Origin: Fimbriosthenelais zetlandica
Lineage: Eukaryota
Direction: 5' to 3'
DNA: 64,000 nucleotides
NCBI GenBank assembly: GCA_977030845.1
Contig: OZ365109.1
Span: forward strand, 39,618,001 to 39,682,000
Shown: piece by piece, positions 44,901 through 56,900 of the stretch
Numbering within the stretch: the stretch's first letter is position 1
How the letters are laid out: every line of letters starts with the position of its first letter
Position numbers and translations under genes: made by a program
The notes under the pieces: generated by a model
Seen by the model: the letters and a program-made list of their open reading frames with translations, nothing else
Told to the model about the DNA's origin: nothing
The model's database searches: none

Positions 44901-47900
44901 TTCAATTGCTCTTTCACATGCTAAACTACCCGATAGGCCTATACATATATTGCAAACAGCATATCTGAGACACCAGTAACAAAATGCAAACCACATGGTT
45001 GAGTTTTAATTTGGTGTTAACTCTTTGTATTGAAATGTCATTTAAAAGGAAAAACCATTGGGTAACAATAAGTTTAAATTCCTCTGAAGTCGACCTTACA
45101 AATCTGACAAATGAATCCATAATTATACATTCATTCTCTCGATAAGCTACCCAATATTTAATCCGAGTTCAAACACCGAGTCTGAGAGGGGAGGAAAGTC
45201 CGCGCCACTCTGTCTCACCTACCCCCATCCCTCCCCCTGTTCACAGTCCCCCAGTCCAGGTCGGCCATGTGTGAACTTGAACAAAGCTATTGTACTGTGA
45301 TTATGTAAGCTTAGTAGACAATGGTTCAATGGCTTGTTACAATTGTTATAACTACATGTATACATGTGCTCACTCAGGAGTTACTTTTAAAAATGACCAG
45401 TAATTTGACAGAGATATATCAAGTAAACCTTTGTCCAAGTTAAATTAAACCGGACCAATAAAGGTAAATAATTATGGTTATAATTATAAGTATGTAACAT
45501 CACGCATCCATTAAGTAAAACTTCCTCCAATCTATATGGACACAGATCTAATGAACTTAAATATAGAAAATAGATAGATGTAGATAGATGGTTTGTCACA
45601 GAGGCGAAGAGAAGGCAACTGCACATGAATAAATGTTGAGGCAGAAGATCTGAAAAAGAAAATCAATACGGAAAGTTAATTTATTAGTAAACGGTTATCT
45701 GTTACTCTATATTTTTTAGAGATGGTAACTTTATATTAACAAAACTTGCCAAATCTTAATACAAGCTTAAAAGCCCTCTAATACTATACGGGATAAAAGC
45801 TTAGGGAAATGAGTACACACGCCCTCCCGATAGCCAGACACTTGCTGCCTGACCCTTAAAATAAATACATTATACCTACTTTCATCTGAATTCTCCACTT
45901 TGTCCTCGCACTGTTTATATCCCTCTCGAGTTTCTTCATCTCCGAGAATTCCTTATAAGATAAAAAAATAAGTGACATATTATTAATATAAGACAAGACC
46001 ATTGTACAACCATAGGTGTGAAATGCATCCATAACAGCTTCCAAGTTAAGCTGAACTCCCTCCACATGTATACATTCTTTTTTTACAAATCTAAACTTCT
46101 AATCAAAGAACTTATGAATGTACCGGTGAAAGCACATATCTGATATTATTAAATTGAGGTAGTTACTTACATGTTTGCCATATGCTTAGATCCAACATGT
46201 GCCTAAAATTATCCAAATTTTACACAGTATTCAAGGTTTGGTGAATACATGAAGCCTATCTCCTCGCTTGAGAACTTGCTTGCTTGTCTGTGGTCACTCG
46301 ACTGGTGGTGGGGCAGGGATGTGGAGGAGGAAGTCACTCCTCGATGGTCCTATCTTGTATTACGTAACTACATCGTAAGATGAGGGGGGCGTATAATGTA
46401 TTACCTCGTAAAGTGGGGAATCTAATCTCATAATTACACGAGGGAACGTAGAATGCGGCAACCAATCTTGTAATTATACAAGATTGGCGGATTAGGTAGT
46501 TTTTGCGTTAAAAAAACGAGGTTTCATTGTGGTCAAACGGAAAGCAAGGACAGTGTAGTGGCTCCCTCGCTTCGCACTCAGCAAAATGAGGACAGTACTT
46601 GGACTGGTCAACCTGGTGTCAGTATAATGTGATTGGGTGAGTTATCATGTCAGGTGCCTCGGACATGATACCTCAGTGAGGCAGCACTATAAACGAGCAC
46701 AGGGCTCACTGTCACAAGTAGGCACCGTCATGATATAACTGAAAAATTGTTGAAAGTTTTCAGTCATAATCTTTTTTTTTCATCAACGTCTTTTTTTCTT
46801 TTCTTTTTCCATTATTTCTTCTACATCTTTTCCTCTTTGTCATTAATTTTGTTACTTCCTATTTTGTTTTCCGTCGGCTCCATTGTAAGTCTTCCTCCAT
46901 TCTCCATCTTGTCTCCATTACTCTTCAGTAATGAGAAATGAATTAAACGTAAAATGCCACTGGCTGAGACTGATAGATTCTGATTTTTCTTCTCTCATTG
47001 TCTTCCTCTCCTCATGAGCAGAGATCTCACATATTAAACAGAGCTACATCCAGTAGGCCAGTATAACTATAATATAGTGTTATGAATTGAATTAAGATTG
47101 AGATCACCTTTGACAAATTTCCTGATCCAATCTCGACTTACTGTACCATATGCCAAGGTACCTTGCAGCGTAGATTTTCACTCAGTTTCCTATAATAACA
47201 ACAATTGTGATTGGCAGGATATGAAAAGTTTTGCAAAGCAACAATAGACCTACAACAGTAGACTTGACGAGCATACAGGGTGTTGTTGTACAAGTAAATC
47301 GTCAATGCCGAGGGAAGCCTCGGAGAGCGATTGTGTTGGACAAGCAATATTTTTGGAAAAAAAAACAGTGGGAGAGGATATAATGTCAGGGTTCCCAGCA
47401 ACTCGGGAAATCAGGGAAAACCTGGAAATGAATTTCGCTTTTTCCAGACAGGGAATTTGAGAAAAACTGGAAAAATCAAGGAAAACTCAGGGAATTTAAA
47501 CACTATAACTTAAGTCAGGAGGATAAGTCGGAGGTCGACGCGTAAAACCCCATCCCCGCCACTGACGTTCAGAGTGCTTTATATGACTAAAATATCTCCT
47601 GTGATTTAAGAGCTTACTCAGGGAAAAAGCAGGGAAAACTCTGAAAGTATTTTAATGTTTTACAGGGCAACAATAGACCTGACGAGTTTAGGACGGGAGA
47701 GGACACACACGCTCGATACACAGCTTGAAGACGGTGCGGGTATTATACGTATACTACTCACTATTAGTGGTACGAGTGGTGGCGAGTCAATCTCTGATCT
47801 CGTCAACTACACGCCCAACCCACGTGAACGAGAACAAATCGTCTGTAAACATGTAAGCATCAACTTGTTTCATTTTTCATTTAGTTAAAGTTTCTATTGG

Positions 47901-50900
47901 CAGTTATTTAAAAACCATTTAGTGAGTCTTCCCTATTTATGGCAAATAGTCCATTTGCATTGACCCAGAACTTTGCTAGCCAGGTAACAGTTTGGCAACG
48001 ACACCCAAGCACCGTATTGTGCTACTAGTACAAGCCAGGGTGGAAGGTCAACTTATCCGCAATTAAAAACCATTTTTAGTAAAAGCAACCCGTGGTTTTT
48101 GAAATCATATTATGGATAAGAATTGACACATGGAAGTAAATTCGGATTATTTTATTTTGTTTCAGGGCCTTATGAACTCATTTAAGAACATCAGAGACAT
48201 TGGCTGGCTCCAAGTCAAAGGTAAAATAATTGCATTGTTTTTAATCAAATTAGAATTAAGTTAATTAAATGTAGCCTAAATGTAGTAGGTATGGTATTAA
48301 GCCACAGAAAAAAAAACATCCAAACATGTGAATTAATTGTCAACTTTGTGATTGATTTTATTTATTTTTTCCAGTGATAAAGGCTCAGGGTTTAGCTGCA
48401 GCAGATTTAGGTGGAAAGAGTGACCCTTTCTGTGTCATAGAACTCGTCAATGACCGCCTACAAACTCAAACAGAGTACAAGACGCTCTTCCCTGAGTGGG
48501 GCAAAGTATTTACACTGTAAGTGCAAATAACTTTCTCTATTTTATTTTTTATTTTTTTTTACGAATTTTCTCGAGGGATTACACCATGGGTCAGGCAGTA
48601 TTGTTCTTGAATGTGGGAGGGCTCTAGTGCTGTTAAAAGGATGAGTCATTTTTTCTTACTGAATGTGGTACGATACATACAGCACAATCCTAACTTTTGT
48701 CCAATAGCCTGAACCCATTGATCTACGATCTCCCTATGATCTTTTTGAACTTGCTCAAAATAAGAAGGTAGGGTGTTCTGATCCCTGAAGAACATGAACA
48801 TGATCGTAGGTTCATTCAACATACTTCTAAATTTTTGGATCGTAATTGAATCGTAAAGCAGATTGTAGGGAAATCGTAGCTCAGTGAGTTCAGCCTATAA
48901 TACTCTGATTAATTATCTATTCATATGATTAAATAGTTTAGACTCTCTTTCAATTCACTTTCTTTCCTAAACTTTTAAACCTAGCCTAATAGAAACCTAG
49001 TAGAAATATTCCATGGTATTCCATGTCGGACAGAGCCATGTCACCCACATTGTGAGGTGGCACACCAGATCTCAAATCTAGAACTAATAATTTTTGCAAG
49101 GATTATGTAAGTAAGCTCTGTAGAACACCCCTAATAATTTTTATGATGGACTTTTTCTCTTTAGAAATGTGAAGGACATTCACTCAACATTAGAAGTAAC
49201 AGTTTATGATGAAGACCGGGACAAAAAATCTGAGTTTCTGGGTAAAGTGGCAATACCTCTACTGCGGGTGAGTGTGTTTTATTATTTTATAAAATGCTAA
49301 TGAAACAACTGACAAAAGTGAATCTTTTTACCAGGTTCTGGGACAAGAAAGATTTGTTCCTGATTCATTTGTTGATCAATATTAATCATAATAAAAGTTG
49401 TACATAAATGCCCTTTTATTTTAAAACTGGAGCATGGAACTATATTCCGAGGCTCAGCCAATCAGATGGCACGAAATGAGGTCAAGCAATGTTATGTAGG
49501 TCACTAGGCCATGAATGATCTTAATGTCCTATGTATACAATGTATCACGTTTTTGGGTCCCTAACTTATCTGAATCGAGACAAATTTAAAGATATTTAAT
49601 AAGAAATTACGACCTTGGATGTGAAATTTGAAACAATCTGTCAATTTTTCAGCCATTTAATATTCCCTATTACATTATAATCACTACCTTGTATTTATTC
49701 CCACTGGCTTGTACATCTTTGCTTTCCTTATGAAAAGACTTGCCGTATTTCATATTATCGATCACTTTTAATTTAATGCTCACGCTCAAATTTCACTTGT
49801 ATTTGAATATGGAGTAAAATTGAGAAATAAATTTTGATTTAATAATCAAATTATTCATATACACAAAATAAAAGCACCATATGAAAGAATATGAAATCAC
49901 AAAAAAGTATCGTCACAATATTTCGATATAACACATGTATTTTATTTTGATATTTTGAATGCTAATGAACAACATGCATGTAATAACGATGTCTATTTCA
50001 CAGTCTTTAACTAGGCCCACACCAAACCGACAGACAATTTTCGGCCCAATCACCCAATGATATTGATCTAGCAGATTGTCGGATCTTGACAATTTGGCCT
50101 TACTTCTATTTTTCTTCAAATTTTACCATCTGCCGGTTTTAAAACCAAATAATGCAACAGTAAAAAACTGTAAATTGTACAATGTCTGTCAGCCTGGTAT
50201 GTGGACACCTTAAAGTGGTGGATCCAGAGAAAATACATTTTTTCTAAAACCTAATCTGAGTGGATGGGAAAGGGGGTCCGTTGATCGCCATTTAGAAATC
50301 ATTTTCCTTGGGCCAATCTGTAGCCCATTCTCTTGGCACTCAGCGGTAAGTGGACAGTGGCCAACCTGGTGACTGGGTGAGGTATCATGTCATGTGCCTG
50401 CGACATGATACCTCAGTGAGACAGCACTATAAAAGAGCATATGGCTCACTATCACAATCAGGGACCATCATGAGACCAGAAATTGATGAAAGCTAAAGTT
50501 AAAACACATTAAAACCTAATCAACCAATCTGGATCCACCCCTAACTTAATATCATTTTTCTCTCCTCAGCCCTGCTTATGCTAATATTTGTAATCACTCT
50601 ACTGGTTGTTTCCACTCTCAAGTTACATGGAGTGTACGGCAACCCTCACTTTCAGATCCGCTGCGGAGAAAGGCGCTGGTATGCCCTCAAAGACAAGAAA
50701 CTGACAGGCAGGGCTAAAGGTGCCATCCAGTTGGAAGTAGATTTCATCTACAACCATGTAGGTGACCTGTATACACAAGGGTCAAAATTCATGTACAAGT
50801 GGCTTAGGTTGAAGACCATGAAATATTTTGTTTCTAGTAAACCATCTCCAATATTTTAAAGCCTTGAATACATTGAATGAGATTTTTGTCGGAGCAGATG

Positions 50901-53900
50901 ACGAAAAATCCACTTAAGTGTGTTCAAGGCCTTGCTTTTCTCTCCAGGCCAACTTTGTTTTCTGTTAGCTATATTGATGTTGGACTTTCAATAAGACTGA
51001 AATGCATTAACATTTGGGAATTTTTCTAAAACAATTTTTAAAAAGAATATTTTATTGGAAACAGTAATGTTTTATGGTCTAGCAGGCGTTATCTCCTCAA
51101 TGATATATCAGTCTAGAGCATGTCATTCTTAAGTTGGTGAACCTAGATAGTTTTCAAAATTAAACAAAGCCAATAACTGAAAAGCATGAATGAAAGAATC
51201 ATTGAGGCATTTTAAAAAGGGTTTCTTTGTTTTCTTTCTGCAGATTTTGCTGCTGATTATTAAGGCTTAAGTTGAATGTACATAGACTGTGGGTTTGAGG
51301 AGATAATGATATGTACTCAATATTGTATTGTTGGATGTTGAATTGTGAAGATGAATGTTATCAGCGAGATGTCACACTGATTCATCCTATTGCAGCATTC
51401 TTATACATTTCTTGCTCTAAAATCTGATTGCTTAAAACTCGGTTCTTACATGTATTGGTATCTATAAAATTGCATTTTACTTTTTTGCAATGCTGCTGCT
51501 CCTTGAAATATAAAAATTGGGTCATATACAAATTTGCAAGTGGAAAATACTCTCACTGGACCCATCATCAACACATGGGGGTTTGCGTTATCCCCTCACC
51601 TTTTCTTGCAAATTTGCTATATTCTTGTTTACAGTGTGGCATCTCCTGACATGTTGCACCCTCCGTCTGGCCCTGTGGCATCACTGTGGCTGCCTCCACC
51701 TCTCTCACATTGTACATTCACCCACTGGTCCTGGTCTAGTCTAATCTATGTCACATCCTAGTGCTTAACTAACAGTAGCCTATTGCACCCCTTACTGTTT
51801 ACAGATCAGAAATGGCGAAAGGCGATGGTATCAATTAAAAGATAAGAAAGTCATGGGGCGAGCCAAGGGGGCTGTCCTATTGGACATGGACTTCGTGTTT
51901 AACCATGTGAGCGCTCATTCAAAAGAACGGAGAATTTATTTAAAATTTCATGTTTTCTAAGAGTTCCTTCACAGTAGAGAGTACCATGAGAGTTCTACTT
52001 ATTTTTTAACATCATGCTGTGATTTTTGGATCCCGGTTAAATTTCGGTTTTCTGGATTTTATAATTATTAAATATATTGGAAATTTCTAATTATAATGTA
52101 CTGCTTTTCACTACAATCCCCCATTTCTCCTCGTAGGATACTTCTACGGTATTTTCTAAGGGATTTTTTTTCCGAGAATTTTTTGTGTGGGGAATTTTAG
52201 ATTATTCCGGTGTCTACTCTCGGCTTGCCTTTGTCTTGAGCTTTTGTGTAATATTTGTGATTATTAACATTTTGGCAATGCAACTGTTTCACTCTTCTTC
52301 CTATTCATCTCTGCCTTTAATAATAATTATTTTAATGATTGAATAATACTAATTTCTACTTCTAAATCCTAACCAACTAGCCCTATAGATTAAACACTTT
52401 GAATCCTAACTACTTGCAAGTCTTCTTTTACATTTTTTGCCAGAATGATTTTACCGGTACTATCCCTTAAATCCTATTATTCCTTTCATCTAAAGTAATT
52501 TTCTTAAAATATAAGAAAATATGTTTGAAGTGCTTTTATAACCATAAGATAACACTTACTGAATTTAAATGTAGATTCTTGTTACAGCCAATTAGACATT
52601 TAGCTGATCATTTTCTTACTTGACAGATAAAAGCTGCTGTTAGAACTTTTAATCCACGAGAAGAAAAATATATGCAACCAGAACCAAAGTTCAAAATCTC
52701 TGTAAGTATATCCTCTAAAAGGAACCCCCATAGTTTAGCTACATCGAGGAGATAACTATCTTTCGAAATTCAATTAATTTGGCTAAACTTGTTAGTATAA
52801 TATTCTTGCCAAAACATGGCAATACATGGCACATTCCAGTAGGCATAGCTCTGGAACTATTCAGTGTATACAAATATAATTTCAAGTCTGAATTAAATGG
52901 AAATTGAGTAAAAAAAAATTAAACAAAATACATGATCGAGATTGACCGTGATGATTTGATTCTGGTGATTTATATTAGTATGATGTGGTGATTTGGTATG
53001 ATTTTGGTATTTTGATCTTCAGGTCATGAAGAGGAACATTGACAGAGTAAGCAAACTGGTGGAGGCGGCTGTTGAAGCTAGTAAATTCATACAGAGCTGC
53101 TTTGACTGGGAATCCAAAATACGGAGTTCTGCCGCCTTCGCTGTGAGTACTTTCCTTATTAAGCCTGGAACACATTAATGCGATTCTCTCTCCGTCTCCA
53201 TCCGATAGCTGTCAGAAACTATATAATTTCTCTTCACACCAAATGCCTGCAGGTTGGGTCCAGTCTCCTGCAGGTTGGGTCCAGTCTCCAGCAGGTTGGG
53301 TCCAGTCTCCTGCAGGTTGGGTCCAGCCTCCTGCAGGTTGGGTCCAGTCTACTGCAGTTTGGTTCCAGCCTCCTGCAGGTTGGGTCCAGTCTACTGCAGT
53401 TTGGTTCCAGCCTCCTGCAGGTTGACCTCTGCCCTACCATTTGGGTCCAGTGTCCTTAGTTAAAGCCTCACTTAATCTAAAGTAAGGAAGCATACATTAT
53501 AAATAATGAAATGTTGTTTTATTTTGCTCCAGGTGTTCATGATCATAGTGTGGAACTTCGAGCTGTACATGTTGCCTATCACGCTACTAATCGTCTTCGC
53601 CAAGAATTTATTAGTCGTCCATATAGCAGGCAACTTGATGAAAGAGGACGATGTGAGTCATACTTTACATCTATATTTCTACAGCTCAGTGGGTCCTATC
53701 TCCTTTAGTGGAACTATTCTGTATCAATTAAAGCAAAAAGTAAAATAACTTGCAGGATTCCCAGGAAGTCTAGCATATAGGTCATGTAAATTGTTTCTCA
53801 GATGGGGAATGGGAATGGTCTGAAACTTGAAATAGTACTTGATGATTCTTTGGCTCAGGCTCAGTAAACTGTCAACATAGACTGGACTGATTCTTTATAT

Positions 53901-56900
53901 TGAAGTTTTTACCATTTCTATAACAGGAATATGTAGATGAAGAAGAAGACGAAGAAGAGGAAGACAAGGAGAAGGTAAGAAACTCTTACTTACATTTTAC
54001 TTCAGAATTGTGGTCACAATTATTAATCAGTAGATATTGTTGGTTTAGAAATATTTGTGTTTTAAATGTTTATAACCGTCTACTTTGCTGGATATTGAAA
54101 AAATTCAAAATGGGCTACATGTACATAATATATGCACTGAAGGTGTCACTCACGATTTATCCCCCAAATTTAATTCATTTAAAGTTAGTAGGTAGAAGAA
54201 GTAGGCATATCTGGGGCACGGGGGGGATATTTTCATAATAGATTTGAATTTATTTCCATATCCAGTTCATATTCTAGATCTATATAGAATGGACATCTAA
54301 CTTTTGTTGTTTAGACTCATGCCCTGAGAGATTGATTGTTTAGTAGGATAGTAAGTCTTGTTGTAGTTTAGATTGTTGATTTAAATTTGTTTACCCCTGT
54401 AGGAGAAATGTAAATAATTGTTTGTTGTTTACCAAGTATTCAATTGGAAGCCACATTATTTAACCCCCTTGGCACATTAAAGTTTATTGGCAAAATGTTA
54501 CATTGTACAGCTGTTTGCAAGTATTTGTTTTAGAAATGCATTACAGTATGTGAGCAATATTCTTCTGTGATATGGCCATCAAAACAGCTGATTTTTGCCA
54601 ATTATATGATAAGTCTCATGTGCAATGGGGGTTTAATAATTAGCCTTCTGTCTGGACTGTGTTAAACCTGTAGTGTATTTGTGATGATTTATATTGTCTT
54701 CCTTGTCTATTCTTCATCTCAGCGCAAGGTAAATAGTTTAAGAAAGCGATCGTCTGAGTTTGACTGATTTGGGTAACATAGTACCTCTCTGTCCCCTCTC
54801 TTAATTTTTGAAACCCAATTGAACTTGATTTGTTTATACAATTTCATCTGATAAATTTAAGAGGAATTTTATTTTTTTTCTCTCTGCAGCCACTCTTTTT
54901 TTTAATCCCTGTTGATGTTGATTTTTCTATCATTAAATCAAATAAATTTAAGATGGATTTTGGGTCCCTTCAGGTAATTTTTCATGGTGATATTTTTTGT
55001 TTTTCTTCGATAAAGGCGTTTTCCATCCCTTTACCTTGTATCTTGTGAATCCTTTGTATAACCTTTTGAGGGTTTCTGCCTAAAATTCCTTCAATTTTAA
55101 ATACAATGACTTACAATTTAATTTTCATATTTTTGAACTAATCGTGTGAATAAGGATTGTTTAGATATGTATAAGAATTGTATTGATGTTCATAACTAAT
55201 ACACTTGTAATGTTATGGGAAAAGAAACAACTTTGAAATTGATTTCGTTAGACACAGATACATGATGTATCTGTTTATTATCTGTTTTACGGTATACTAC
55301 ATCTAGTGTTGTAAAGCCCTATGTCCACCCTGTTTCAGTATAATATAATTTTCTCTTTATTTTTATCAGTTTATTGTCTTATGAATTTTGCACAAGTCCC
55401 GTAGAACCTATAGTTTTGTAACGTTCTAAATTTTAGAATTGTATTTTCTACAATATCAATGTAGCTTTTGTACATCCATGTCTAGTTGTGCACACAATTT
55501 ATTGTCATTATTTCTGCCCCATTGTTTGCACATGACAGCAAAAGGTAAATAGGTCCAAGTTTTCAGTGAAGACGTTCTCTCTAATCTGATCTTTTATCTG
55601 TCCAAACTATCTCTGTCACTCCACTTACATTCCTCAGATAACACTTATCTCTCACCTGTACACGGAAAATATCATCCATTGGGATTTTTTGTAAGAAATG
55701 ACGAAGTTATGTTCAGTGGGAGACTTCAGAAAAGGCAGCCAAACATTGGTGAATCAGGTCTTATAAACATTGGTGTTCTTTCATTTCATTTTTACAGATT
55801 AAAAATTGTACATTTTGCCTAAATGTACAATTGTGGGCTGAGGAATTTCATTATACTTTAGAATATACCTCATTATCTTTGGCAGTGTCGCCATGATAGT
55901 GACATCTGTTGCCAATATGATGCAAAATCACTATTCATTCATTCCCTTCATTTATTAAGTATTTCTTGGGGGGTGGGATGGAGGATGTGGAAGTGCCTAC
56001 TGTAGTCTCCCATTGCAGATCGATCAGTTTGGATATTAGATAAACTTTAGGGTGTCTTAACTAAGGGTTTACATAAGAAAATAGATCACCAAGTTCATTT
56101 GAAGTCCTACGTAAAGACCAAGTTAAGGCATGAACAGTCAGTCAAATACAATTTGCGTCAAGGTTAAAGAAAAGTCAAACACATTCAAGCACTGCAAATC
56201 ATTGACCTCACAAATTGTTGATAAGAATAACCGTTTTTTTGTCACTTTTGGTGGTGTTTTGTGGTGATTATTGAAACCAAAACCAAAACCGGTCATTTCT
56301 GAGACCACAATGACTTCCCTGACTGGTGGCGGAGATGGTTACTTAAGTCGCGGCCTCGCCTTTCTATGGGCTGGCAAACCCCCCCCCCCCCCCCCCCCCC
56401 CGTCCCCGTTTTACAAGGAACCTCGCCAATGGCGAAGGTCGGCGAGGGCCACCTCGTTGAGCGTTTGCTGTGTTAAAGTTCAGTTTTCTTGAAAAAAGTG
56501 CCTGGAAAGTTGCTTGTTACTGCATTGTCCAAGCACTGTTTTCTCAAAAATATTGCATGTACAATACAATCGCTCGACGAGGGTACCCTCATCGACACTC
56601 GCCATTGACGATTTTCTTGTATAAAACTACCATCATACCGGACCCATAGAATAACCGTTGATATTTCCTGAGTGCTGCATTTTGGTCTCTATCTCTATTT
56701 TGGTCACTATTTCTGATCATTCTCTTTCATGGACACTTTCATAAATGAAAGTTTTCTCATAATTTGTTTTATCAATTGACCTTTAAGAATGGTTAACTCA
56801 TCAATTAACTCACAAGCCTTTCCATTTTTACAGTAAATTAGTGTTTTGCTAAGACATTCATATATATGGATTTGTGGTTTATGCATTAAATTTTGAAGTT

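Larger units (their letters stand above)
43225..46760 (+). mobile_element. tRNA-derived SINE (family 2) split into three pieces (43225-43248, 44331-44402, 46556-46760) by two DNA transposons
   Basis: The pieces rejoin collinearly with the copies at 41532 and 15430: head ggtggtg...gg(t)tagagt, then ccaaagac...gactagtggctccc, then a tail ending gatataactgaaaaattgttgaaag. Confidence 0.85.

Noticed and set aside
53178-53463. Repetitive ORFs (LLQVGSS)n, (PAGWVQS)n and (CRLGPVS)n, with similar ones at 22909-23144 and 2199-2438
   Set aside because: They are translations of the 21-bp minisatellite.
54403-54409. cctgtag|GAGAAAT|gtaaat, a third microexon-like site
   Set aside because: 7 nt would shift the frame, and no compensating partner was found.
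54890-54973. 84-nt in-frame segment between ctgcag| and CAG|gtaatt
   Set aside because: The splice sites are decent, but the T-rich intron-like composition and a hydrophobic peptide (PLFFLIPV...) are implausible in a charged loop. It is only worth a junction check.
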